Of a DNA stretch of 64,000 nucleotides, positions 1 to 9,176 are shown in pieces. Every line of letters starts with the position of its first letter. Position 1 is the first letter of the stretch. The notes under the pieces were generated by a model. The model was not told the origin of the DNA, did not search any database, and saw only the letters and a program-made list of their open reading frames with translations. The position numbers and the translations under genes are program-made. Source of the stretch: an uncultured Gammaproteobacteria bacterium (GTDB lineage Bacteria > Patescibacteriota > Patescibacteriia > UBA1558 > S5-K13); contig CAZXFD010000003.1 of NCBI GenBank assembly GCA_964640635.1, positions 1,149 to 65,148 on the forward strand, in the 5' to 3' direction.

Positions 1-165
1 ATGAAATACATATTTTTTGCCATCTACCAAAATTGTATGACCCGCGTTACTACCGCCCTGAAACCTTACAACAAGACCATTGCTCATTGACTGATTTAAA
101 TAATCAACAATCTTCGCCTTGGCTTCATCTCCCCAAGCACATCCTAAAACAGCTATAGAACTCAT
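1..165 (-). CDS. purA: adenylosuccinate synthetase, N-terminal 55 aa (gene continues left of window)
   Basis: Manual minus-strand translation: [55 protein letters not shown]. The QWGDEGKGKIVD-like P-loop and YQGGxNAGHT motif are diagnostic of PurA. SD-like GGGAGGA lies 5 nt upstream of the ATG (plus 163-165 = cat). Confidence 0.85.
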   Translation of the reverse strand, partial: MSSIAVLGCAWGDEAKAKIVDYLNQSMSNGLVVRFQGGSNAGHTILVDGKKYVFH

Positions 166-294
166 TAGTTCCTCCCTTTTTTAATATATTTTGGCTTTTA
201 TAGCCTTAATAAAATTACATCTATTATTCTCTTATGTCAATTGTAAATAAAAAACCCGAACACTTTATGCATTCGGGAAGGACAATAATTAATC

Positions 295-909
295 TTATAC
301 TTTACGTCTCATAAGTCCCACATCAGCAAACCTAGACCAAACTACACTAAATGGCACGCTGCACTTATTAGCTAGATCTTCTATAGCCCTTTGCCTTTCC
401 AAACTATCTTTACTCTTGGAATAAACGGAAACAAACTCTTCCATCTTAGCATTTTGCATCAACAAGAGTCTTGCAAATAATCCCGGATCAGAATTCTCAT
501 TAAACAAATTAAGTCCAAAAGATCTTGCAAAATCTTCATAAATTGTTTTTATTTGTTGATTAATGAGTTTATAATTACGTTGATCTCTAGTATAGTCAGT
601 ACGTAACAAAAGAATTCCTAGTATAAAAGCCGTTCTATATGTTTTAACTTTTTCTATGATATTTATTTCTTCTTCCGGGCATTTGGGTATATAAACATTA
701 AACTCAAAGTTATCGGAATCTATAAAATTAATAGAATAGACACCAAGAGCATACATGCTCGAAAATAAATTTGGATCAAATATAAAATTGATCTTTCCAC
801 CAAGCCTTTCTATAACTTGAGTAAGAGATTCTAAATTAATATATTCTTCAAACTTAAAAGTAGATATCACCCCATTAACAAACTTTTCAACGTCTTCGTA
901 CTTAAGCAT
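295..909 (-). CDS. hypothetical protein (204 aa)
   Basis: Long intact ORF with no recognisable catalytic motif. Confidence 0.4.
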   Translation of the reverse strand: MLKYEDVEKFVNGVISTFKFEEYINLESLTQVIERLGGKINFIFDPNLFSSMYALGVYSINFIDSDNFEFNVYIPKCPEEEINIIEKVKTYRTAFILGILLLRTDYTRDQRNYKLINQQIKTIYEDFARSFGLNLFNENSDPGLFARLLLMQNAKMEEFVSVYSKSKDSLERQRAIEDLANKCSVPFSVVWSRFADVGLMRRKV

Positions 910-1104
910 TTTTCCTCCAAATGTATATTATTTTTTACAATATTACATCCATTGCATATAGTAGTCAACGCTTGATTTATTATTACTTTTGTGCTAAATT
1001 ATGAATACTCTAATAAACGCTCAAATTTATTAAGAAAATTAAACATCGGTATAAGTTGAGGTTAATCCCTTAACCTTCAAACTTCATACCTCAAACTTAA
1101 CACT

Positions 1105-1371
1105 ATGCCACAAAAAAAATCAGCTATAAAAGAACTTAGAAAGACAGCAAAACGAACTGCAAGAAACAAACAAGCAAAAAGAAGAATAAAAGATCTTCAA
1201 AAAGAAATCATTTCAACTCCTGAGATCAAAAAAGACGATGCAAAAGTTCTTTACAAAAAACTTCAAAAATCTGTAGACAAAGCTGCAAAAAGAAACAATC
1301 CTTTCAACAAAAATAAAGCTTCTAGAATAAAATCTAGAATGGCAAAAAAACTCAACGCAAAGGTAAAATAA
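1105..1371 (+). CDS. rpsT: 30S ribosomal protein S20
   Basis: 88 aa, very basic; the N-terminus (SAIKELRKTAKRTARNK) and C-terminus (KNKASRIKSRMAKKL) match S20. One of the few plus-strand genes. Confidence 0.85.
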   Translation: MPQKKSAIKELRKTAKRTARNKQAKRRIKDLQKEIISTPEIKKDDAKVLYKKLQKSVDKAAKRNNPFNKNKASRIKSRMAKKLNAKVK

Positions 1372-1382
1372 CAAAATTAAAA

Positions 1383-1417
1383 CTCGCTCAGTCATTCAAC
1401 TGGGCGAGTTTTTTTGT
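1383..1417 (+). terminator. rho-independent terminator after rpsT
   Basis: Hairpin ctcgctcag...ctgggcgag followed by T7. Confidence 0.7.
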
Positions 1418-1420
1418 TGA

Positions 1421-1630
1421 TTATTTCGCAAATTCGGTCTGCGACTTGCACGATCTTGTAAAATAAGCATAAGCATCTTCATTGATTTTCTCTAAAATTT
1501 CCATAGCAATTGCTTTTGATGTTTCATCTAATGATTCCAAATAGATACCTATTTCTTCAAAAGTAGAGCCGTGCATAAGGCTCAAGTCCTGCTCTAGTTC
1601 AATTCTGCTTTTTGTCATTTTTCCTCCCAA
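1421..1630 (-). CDS. hypothetical small protein (69 aa)
   Basis: ORF immediately downstream of holA on the same strand. Confidence 0.4.
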   Translation of the reverse strand: MGGKMTKSRIELEQDLSLMHGSTFEEIGIYLESLDETSKAIAMEILEKINEDAYAYFTRSCKSQTEFAK

Positions 1631-1644
1631 TTTATTATAAAATA

Positions 1645-2634
1645 TTATTTCATGTTTAATAAAAATACACTTATAAGAGTATATGTATCTAACTTTGAAG
1701 ATTTAGACGCTAGATCTAATTTTAATAATTTCTTATATATATCCTTTAGCTCAACGAGCGAATAAAGCCTTGCTGAATTTGATGCTTTTTTTACAACAAA
1801 TGGATGAAGAGATAAATACTTAGCTAAATTATTAACATTAACCCCATCTTCTATGGCTGATTTTATCTGCAATAAAATTCTAAATTGCCTTATAAACATA
1901 GTAAGCAAATACTGAGAATTTTCTCCAGAATCAATCTGACTTTTAATAAGCTTGAGAGCCCCCTTATTATCCTTATTAGCTAATTTTTCAGAAATCAAAA
2001 ATATATTATCATCTATATTTGAAAGAATCAAGTCGCTTATCATACTACTTTCAATCTTAGACCCTTTTGCATAATTTGAGATTTTTTGTATTTCTGTCTC
2101 TAACGTCCAAAGATCGCTTCCAATTCTCCCAAGCATTTCAAATGCCAATTTATCATCAATTGAACCACCGGCTTCTTTAAACTTATTTTTTATCCAGATA
2201 ACCATTTTGCCATCTGACATCTTCTTAAATTCCTGTTTATACTGAAATAAATCTAATCTTTTGAATATCTTTAAGTTCTCTCCACTGAGAGCATCTTTAC
2301 TAGAATGTGGGAGTCTATCTTCATAAAAAACAATAATATTATCCTCGTCTTGATCAGAATTTTTGGAACTATTTTTATCAAAAAAATCCATCAGAAAAGA
2401 AGATAACTCTTTGGTAATTTTCTTATCTAATAAATTTTTAATAATCACTAATTTTTTAGAAGACAAAAATCCTCCCTGACAAAGCTCTTTAGAAAGATTT
2501 TCTATAGTAATTTTATCATCAAGAATAATTATGTTATACCCAGATGTGTCAATATCGCGGATAAATTTTTCCTTTATCTGTTTTAATTTTTCATTGGAAC
2601 TATAGCTGTCTTCTCCGTATAAGAAAAAAAACAT
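1645..2634 (-). CDS. holA: DNA polymerase III delta subunit
   Basis: N-terminal FFLYGEDSY motif; size (329 aa) and architecture typical of HolA. Confidence 0.7.
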   Translation of the reverse strand: MFFFLYGEDSYSSNEKLKQIKEKFIRDIDTSGYNIIILDDKITIENLSKELCQGGFLSSKKLVIIKNLLDKKITKELSSFLMDFFDKNSSKNSDQDEDNIIVFYEDRLPHSSKDALSGENLKIFKRLDLFQYKQEFKKMSDGKMVIWIKNKFKEAGGSIDDKLAFEMLGRIGSDLWTLETEIQKISNYAKGSKIESSMISDLILSNIDDNIFLISEKLANKDNKGALKLIKSQIDSGENSQYLLTMFIRQFRILLQIKSAIEDGVNVNNLAKYLSLHPFVVKKASNSARLYSLVELKDIYKKLLKLDLASKSSKLDTYTLISVFLLNMK

Positions 2635-2702
2635 AACTTTAGTAGATTAGTGTGATTAGTGAGGTTAGAAAACTATGAGACTATGGATCTAAGAAGCTAA
2701 CC

Positions 2703-5402
2703 CTATTTACTCTCCGCCCAATTCTTCGCACAGCTTACTTCAACTTTTATAGGAACCTTAAGTTCAAAAATATTTTCCATTATTTCTTTGATCTTTTGAC
2801 TTACCTTTTCTACATCGCTATTTGGCACTTCGATAATGACTTCATCATGAACCTGTAAAAGCATTTTAGCTTCTTGTGAGGTTTTTGGCAACTCCCTATC
2901 AATCCTTATCATTGCCATTTTCATAAGATCTGCGGCCGTACCCTGAACAGGCATATTTATCGCAACTCTCTCTGCTGCTGCTGCAATCATAGCTACTCCT
3001 GAATTTATTTCAGCAATATATCTGCGTCTACCAAAAAGAGTTTGAACATACATATTTTTATGTGCAAAATCTTTTGTTTTATCAAGATATTTTTTCACAT
3101 TTTTATATAAATCAAAATATCTATCTATAAATTCCTTAGCTTCTTGAAAATTCATTTCTGTTCGCTGAGCCAATCCACGAGCCCCAAGTCCATATATTAC
3201 ACCAAAGTTAACTTCTTTTGCTTTCCGTCTTTCTGATTTAGTAACATCTTCTAATTTTTTATTGAATATTTCTGCAGCTGTACGAGCATGAATATCTTCT
3301 CCCATATTAAATGACTTTATCATTTTTTCATCATTTGAAAGTGATGCAACAACGCGAAGCTCTATCTGAGAATAGTCCGCTGAGATAAGACGATACCCTC
3401 GCCTTGCAACAAAAGCACGTCTAATTTCTCTGCCAAGTTCAGATCGAATTGGAATATTTTGTAAATTTGGATCAGACGATGACAAGCGTCCGGTTGCTGT
3501 CACGGCTTGATTAAAACTCGTATGAATTCTATTATTTTTATCTACCTGACTAATAAGTGACTCTACATATGTAGATTGGAGTTTTGATAATTCACGATAT
3601 TCTATTATCATATCAATCACAGGATGAACTCCTTGCATCTTAAGAAGCTCTGGCGCAGCGGTTGAAAACCCAGTCTTACCTTTTTTAAGTCCTTTTGTAG
3701 AAATATTTAACTTGTCGAACAAAACTTCTTTGAGTTGTAATGGTGAATTTATATTGAACTCATGACCAGAACATTCATATATTTTTTTTGTAAGACTATT
3801 TATTGTTTTATTTAAGTTTTTACCAAAGTTCTGTAAAAAATCTACATCTATTTCAATTCCAGAGAGCTCCATTTCTGATAAAACTTTTACTAGTGGCATC
3901 TCAACCCTATCAAAAAGATCAAAAAACTTTTCTTTTATAAGCTCATTTTTATATTTTTCATATAATCTAAAAGTATAGTCAGCATCTTCACACGAATAAT
4001 AAGATACCTTCTCTATGTCTATGTCCTCCATTGATAATTGATTTTTACCCTTTTTACCAATAAGCTCTTCAATCGCCTGCATCCTATGTCCTAATTCTGA
4101 AAAAACCAAATCATCTAATTTCAAACTTCTGTCTATCTGTGACAATAAATATGCAGCAACCAATGTATCAAAATATACATTATCCATTTCAAATCCTGCA
4201 AGACGTAAAATTTTATAATCATACTTGATATTGTGTCCTATAATCTTTGCCTTTTTCAAAACTGGTTTTAATTTTTCCAAAAACTCCTTCTTGGCATTTA
4301 CATAATAAGCTACACCACTTTTAAAACAAAAACTAATTCCAAGTAATTTAGCATCAAAAACATTAATGGCCGTTGTTTCCGTATCAACACAAATTTCATC
4401 TTGCAAAATAAGTTCCTTAAAAAATATATTAAAGTCTGATACATTGTTAATAAGTTTATAAACCTCCCCTTTATCAACCCTTTTTATCTCACCCGTAAAA
4501 AGACTTTCTTTATTATCTGGCTTTGCTTTTGGAATTTTTGCAATAAGACTTCTAAATTCATACTTTTGAAAAACACTAACCACATCATCACTTGCCTTTT
4601 TATTTTCTAGATAATCCCATTTACATTTATCAAGCTCAAAATTCATTTCTACATTTTGATTTATTATAGAAAGCTCTTGTGATAAATAAGCATTTTTCTT
4701 TTCATCTATTAATTTGGCCTTTAGGTTGTCTTTTATCTTTGCTGTATCTATTTTTTTATAAAGCCCATCAAGACTTCCGAATTCCTTTATGAGGCTTATT
4801 GCTGTTTTTTCCCCTATGCCCTTAACTCCTGGAATATTATCAGATGGATCTCCCCTTAGTGCCTTATAATCTATCATTTGACTTGGCAAAAGCTCATATC
4901 TATTTTTTACTGCATCTATATCATATATTATGACATCATTTATTCCTTTTCTAAAAGTAAGTATCTTGGTAGTTTCGTCAACAAGCTGAAGAGTATCTAA
5001 ATCTCCTGTCAAAATAAATGTTTCAATATTTTTTTCCTTGCGTAATTTATTTGCAATTGTTCCTATCACGTCATCTGCTTCAAAACCGCTTTTCTCATAT
5101 ACTGGAATCGTAAAAGCATCTAGGACTTCTTTAATCATGGGAATTTGATCATAAAGCTCATCTGCCTGTTTTACGCGTTGTGCTTTATATTCCTTAAATT
5201 TTTCATGCCTAAATGTAGGGGCTTTTAAATCAAAGGTAGAGCACAAATAATCCGGCTTATACTCGCTTATAATTTTAAGAAGTATAGAAGTAAAGCCATA
5301 TGCCGCATTGATAAGAAGTCCGCTCTTTGTAGTAAGCGGAGGTAGTGCGTGCCATGCTCTATGGAGCAGAGCATTTCCATCTATAATAATAAATTTCTTC
5401 AT
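2703..5402 (-). CDS. polA: DNA polymerase I (5'-3' exonuclease + 3'-5' exonuclease + family A polymerase)
   Basis: N-terminal IIDGNALLHRAWHA is the FEN-type 5'-3' exonuclease signature. Motif A is DYSQIELRVVA and motif C is VHDEVIIE. Confidence 0.95.
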   Translation of the reverse strand: MKKFIIIDGNALLHRAWHALPPLTTKSGLLINAAYGFTSILLKIISEYKPDYLCSTFDLKAPTFRHEKFKEYKAQRVKQADELYDQIPMIKEVLDAFTIPVYEKSGFEADDVIGTIANKLRKEKNIETFILTGDLDTLQLVDETTKILTFRKGINDVIIYDIDAVKNRYELLPSQMIDYKALRGDPSDNIPGVKGIGEKTAISLIKEFGSLDGLYKKIDTAKIKDNLKAKLIDEKKNAYLSQELSIINQNVEMNFELDKCKWDYLENKKASDDVVSVFQKYEFRSLIAKIPKAKPDNKESLFTGEIKRVDKGEVYKLINNVSDFNIFFKELILQDEICVDTETTAINVFDAKLLGISFCFKSGVAYYVNAKKEFLEKLKPVLKKAKIIGHNIKYDYKILRLAGFEMDNVYFDTLVAAYLLSQIDRSLKLDDLVFSELGHRMQAIEELIGKKGKNQLSMEDIDIEKVSYYSCEDADYTFRLYEKYKNELIKEKFFDLFDRVEMPLVKVLSEMELSGIEIDVDFLQNFGKNLNKTINSLTKKIYECSGHEFNINSPLQLKEVLFDKLNISTKGLKKGKTGFSTAAPELLKMQGVHPVIDMIIEYRELSKLQSTYVESLISQVDKNNRIHTSFNQAVTATGRLSSSDPNLQNIPIRSELGREIRRAFVARRGYRLISADYSQIELRVVASLSNDEKMIKSFNMGEDIHARTAAEIFNKKLEDVTKSERRKAKEVNFGVIYGLGARGLAQRTEMNFQEAKEFIDRYFDLYKNVKKYLDKTKDFAHKNMYVQTLFGRRRYIAEINSGVAMIAAAAERVAINMPVQGTAADLMKMAMIRIDRELPKTSQEAKMLLQVHDEVIIEVPNSDVEKVSQKIKEIMENIFELKVPIKVEVSCAKNWAESK

Positions 5403-5403
5403 A

Positions 5404-5757
5404 TTAAAAAAAGCTTCTTATAAAAAAGAAAAATAGAAATAAACCAAAAATATAAAAACTCAAAAGAAAATTCTTTTGAATAAAAATATCTTTTAGAGTT
5501 ATTTTATAAAATAGGGGTTTATAATTAACATAATTATCAAAAGAACTTACAAATAAATGGAAAAACACTATCGCAGAAAAAATCACAAGATAAAGTTCAA
5601 AAAAGACCACCAGAAAATCATTGGGAAATGATATAAGAAGCGGATAAAAGAATGTCAAAGCAAAAACTATGCCCAAAAAAGCTCCAAATATTCCTATCGT
5701 ATATCTAAATATATAATAGAATAAATTAAAATTGTGTTTTTTCAATGTTTCTTCCAT
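5404..5757 (-). CDS. small integral membrane protein, translationally coupled to polA
   Basis: 117 aa with 3-4 predicted TM helices. Its stop codon lies 1 nt from the polA ATG. Confidence 0.45.
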   Translation of the reverse strand: MEETLKKHNFNLFYYIFRYTIGIFGAFLGIVFALTFFYPLLISFPNDFLVVFFELYLVIFSAIVFFHLFVSSFDNYVNYKPLFYKITLKDIFIQKNFLLSFYIFGLFLFFFFIRSFF

Positions 5758-5898
5758 ATAAATGTCTATACATATATTTTACCACACACTCAAATACAAG
5801 AATAGTTGTTTAATTATACCCTTTTGATACAATAGGATTAGATAGTTATTAGGGTTGGTGAACTAGGCAAACATACTAATCGTGCCAACTTTAAACAT

Positions 5899-6055
5899 AA
5901 AAAACCCTCCCCCACCCTTAAATTAATATTGTGTCGTAAAACTAGATTTACCAAGTCCTAAACCGAGCTTCTAAAATCATAATAAATATAAAAACACCTT
6001 CGATTAACGAGGTGTTTTTTATAAAAATTAACTTAAGGGTGGGGGAGGGTTTTTA
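5899..6055. repeat. inverted-repeat element: C-rich arm / terminator hairpin / G-rich arm (copy 1)
   Basis: AAAAACCCTCCCCCACCCTTAA at 5899-5920 is the perfect reverse complement of TTAAGGGTGGGGGAGGGTTTTT at 6034-6055. The arms enclose a bidirectional terminator (acaccttcg..cgaggtgt + T6) at 5995-6020. Confidence 0.6.
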
Positions 6056-6075
6056 TCTATAAAACATATGGTTAT

Positions 6076-6633
6076 TTATTCAAGTATAACCATCTTGAGA
6101 TACCTTTTTCCAAAATGTCTTGCGTCGTCATAGCTTATCATCCAAAAATCTACTCTATCGCTATATCTTGCATTCATTCTGTCTCTTACCACGAAAATTC
6201 TATCACCAAACATCTCTGGAAACTGCACTTTTGTGCCAAAAGGTAGGGCATTTGTAGCTACAGTATCTTCTATACCATGCTCACAAACATTGAACCCATT
6301 TGCTGTAATACATGGGGAACCATCTGTTTGATTGGGTAATGAATTATAAGCAGTAGAGTAAACATAGGTGGTTTTTACTGGAACCAGCTCTTTTTCCTTA
6401 AGCTCTGGTAAAGATCCAGTATTTGAAAGGGTATATTCCTCTATTTCTAAGGTAGTGTCAGAGCTTATAACAAGTTCTTGACTGATGGCACTAGCGCTTT
6501 GAGCCATACTATGTTGTGGAAAGTTCATGGAACAAAAGACCATGAAAATAAGCACAATTACGTTTAATTTGTTTTCTATTGTTTTAGATATTTTCCTTAT
6601 AATTTTGTTGAAAGATTTGCTTTTACTATGCAT
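6076..6633 (-). CDS. 3D-domain (cell-wall binding/lytic, YocH/YuiC-like) protein with signal anchor
   Basis: C-terminal DTVATNALPFGTKVQFPE..GDRIFVVRDRMNARYSDRVDFWM matches the 3D domain; N-terminal TM/signal segment. Confidence 0.65.
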   Translation of the reverse strand: MHSKSKSFNKIIRKISKTIENKLNVIVLIFMVFCSMNFPQHSMAQSASAISQELVISSDTTLEIEEYTLSNTGSLPELKEKELVPVKTTYVYSTAYNSLPNQTDGSPCITANGFNVCEHGIEDTVATNALPFGTKVQFPEMFGDRIFVVRDRMNARYSDRVDFWMISYDDARHFGKRYLKMVILE

Positions 6634-6943
6634 AAAATATCTTAATTATTAAGCATTTTACCTAAAAAGCCTTATAAAAAGCCATTTTAAGTAAAATTAA
6701 AGATACTTTTAAAGTATCATAATATAATAGCATATATATTAAATATTGTCAATGGTAGACTCTACTTATTTATATGCAATAGAGAACCTTACACGAAGCA
6801 CTATCCCCTGTCAAATGACTTATCCACAGGCAAAAATTTGCCAAAAATAAAAGGCTCCATCCTATTTTCCTTGGATAGAGCCCTTATTTAATATTATTTG
6901 TGTGCATTTCCAGGCACCTCCCTTTATTTTTTTGCTTTTAGCG

Positions 6944-7345
6944 CTATGCGCTACGTTGATTTTGCAAATCTTCCTCTAAATATGCGCTTCTAAACCACGA
7001 AGCTGCTCCACAGAGCATCCAATACTTATAAAGCTCTATAATTGTAAGGGTATGATCTTCTGGATATCCGCAATACTTCACATAATATGCCTTAGCATGC
7101 CAGACATTGTCATCGCTTGCTACTAGGGGTAATTCTTTTAGAAATATATCTAAAAATACATCCCTAAACCACTTAGCAGCTCCGCATTCTACCCAGTAAA
7201 GGCAAAGCTCGTCTGAAGTCAGTACTCTGTCCTTATCATAACCATGATGCTCAATATAGTGTTTTTTTGCATACCATCTGTTGTCATCACTCATTATAAA
7301 AGACATTTGCAACTCTACTTCATCTTTCATACTTAGTTTATACAT
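6944..7345 (-). CDS. hypothetical protein built from two tandem ~42-aa repeats (W-[YH]-AK-x-[HY]Y[IV]..GY..D...ELxxYW..CGAAxWFR)
   Basis: Internal duplication is visible in the translation (DDNRWYAKKHYIEHHGYDKD...CGAAKWFR vs DDNVWHAKAYYVKYCGYPED...CGAASWFR). Own terminator at 6853-6890. Confidence 0.5.
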   Translation of the reverse strand: MYKLSMKDEVELQMSFIMSDDNRWYAKKHYIEHHGYDKDRVLTSDELCLYWVECGAAKWFRDVFLDIFLKELPLVASDDNVWHAKAYYVKYCGYPEDHTLTIIELYKYWMLCGAASWFRSAYLEEDLQNQRSA

Positions 7346-7527
7346 TTTTCCTCCTTTCGTATTAAAAAAAGAAACCCTTTTTAGGTTAAATTTTTTGCTA
7401 CGTTTTTCAGTGTACTATGCTTATACTATAACTCTTAGTTTAAAAAATGCAAGTATTTATTACAAATTGCAAAAACACTGCAAAAAAAATAATAGGCCCT
7501 ATTAAATAATAAAGCCTATGTTTAAAT

Positions 7528-7743
7528 TTACTCCCCCTTCAAATTATCCAGTTGATGTACAACGTTTATGCCCCCACTTTCAATAAAATGCTCAACCAGC
7601 GCATTTCGATCATCCGTTTTATCTTCAATTGGATGATGAACCACTTCTCCTGTTCCCCATATATTAAGTGGGGTTTTAGCTAGCTCTAACACCATCATGT
7701 TGTGTTTTAGAAGGCCTTCGCGATCAAATGGTTTATTGCTCAT
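7528..7743 (-). CDS. hypothetical small protein (71 aa)
   Basis: Intact ORF with no recognisable motif. Confidence 0.35.
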   Translation of the reverse strand: MSNKPFDREGLLKHNMMVLELAKTPLNIWGTGEVVHHPIEDKTDDRNALVEHFIESGGINVVHQLDNLKGE

Positions 7744-7857
7744 AACATCCTCCTTGATTGTTATTTTTATAACTAAAAATCAAGACAACTATCCTGATTT
7801 AATTTTTTAAACAAAATTTACAAATTACCATCTATTTACTTATTTATAATATACTAC

Positions 7858-9165
7858 TTATAAAATATTTTTCAAGAGTTTTTCATTTGTTATACCCAAA
7901 ATCAAAAACATCATCATCAATCCAGAAAAAGAAGTCATAAAATAATGATCCAATAAGCTGATTAACAAAATTGATAATATAATAATGAGCAAAATAATAT
8001 CTTCGTTACTTTCGCTCTGTATTTTTTCTATAGCATAAAATACAAATATCAATATAAACGCAATTACTCCAAATAAACCAGCCTCTCCAAACACGAGAAG
8101 AAAAATATTATGAACTGGTTGATATTGCCAAATATCCAAATCACTATTGATATTAGAAAAAACATAAGGAATATAATTCCCAAGACCAACACCAAATAAA
8201 ATATTATTTTTTATAGCAATGAGCGCTTGCTTACTAAGTTCTATTCTCTCTATTCCAGAACTTTCCTGGACAATATCTGGAGAAAAAACTCTTGAAATCA
8301 CAAGATCATTAAATATCACAAAGTTCACTGCAAAAGATATTATCAAAATTAATAAAAATGGCCTTATGGTGTTAAATTGTTTTTTATATAAAAAATAAAT
8401 AGTTAAAACAATAATAGACATAAACATGGCAATATAAGCACTTCTTGAAAATGTTAAAACTAGTGCCGAGCTCAATATAAACAAAACTACATATAAAGAT
8501 ATTTTTGAAATGCTCTTCATTTTTGAATATTTTTTTATAAACATCGCAAACAAAAGCAATATAGCTATTACTATAAATCCTCCCAAAACATTTGGATGTG
8601 TCATTCCTCCATAAGCTCTCAAAAACCTACCGCTTACATCTTTTAACACAGATGGACCATAGTAACTTGAGATTTGCTCAGAAATACCTAGATATTTATT
8701 AGGCTCAACATATTGAATAAAAAACTGATATATCCCCAAAATAGCCTGCATCAAAACACTAAAAACAATAGCCATTGCTATTTTGATAGTAGAAAATTTT
8801 ATTTTACTAAGCACAAACATAAGGAAAACAGCTTCAGATAATCTAAGAATGCTATATGAAAACATTTGCCTGTCTTTTGCAAAAAAATATGCAAAAGAGC
8901 ATATCATTAAAAATAGAAATGAAAAGAGAAAGCTTTTTTTTATATTGTTTTTTGAAATACCACAAAAAATCCAATTTATAATAAATACCACAAATAGTAC
9001 TAACAAAAATACCTCACTCAAATAAATAGATAGTTTGCCGTATTCATAATACTCGCCCCCCAATTTGAGATAATAAAAAATATATCTAGTCTGCCAAGGA
9101 AGTAAAAAAACAAATACGTATAGTAAGTATTCCATTGTTAAACCAATATTAATACGCTTAATCAT
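7858..9165 (-). CDS. O-antigen ligase (Wzy_C)-like polytopic membrane protein
   Basis: 435 aa with about 10-12 TM helices; periplasmic loop pattern typical of the O-antigen ligase/polymerase family. Confidence 0.5.
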   Translation of the reverse strand: MIKRINIGLTMEYLLYVFVFLLPWQTRYIFYYLKLGGEYYEYGKLSIYLSEVFLLVLFVVFIINWIFCGISKNNIKKSFLFSFLFLMICSFAYFFAKDRQMFSYSILRLSEAVFLMFVLSKIKFSTIKIAMAIVFSVLMQAILGIYQFFIQYVEPNKYLGISEQISSYYGPSVLKDVSGRFLRAYGGMTHPNVLGGFIVIAILLLFAMFIKKYSKMKSISKISLYVVLFILSSALVLTFSRSAYIAMFMSIIVLTIYFLYKKQFNTIRPFLLILIISFAVNFVIFNDLVISRVFSPDIVQESSGIERIELSKQALIAIKNNILFGVGLGNYIPYVFSNINSDLDIWQYQPVHNIFLLVFGEAGLFGVIAFILIFVFYAIEKIQSESNEDIILLIIILSILLISLLDHYFMTSFSGLMMMFLILGITNEKLLKNIL

Positions 9166-9176
9166 ATTTAAAAAAG

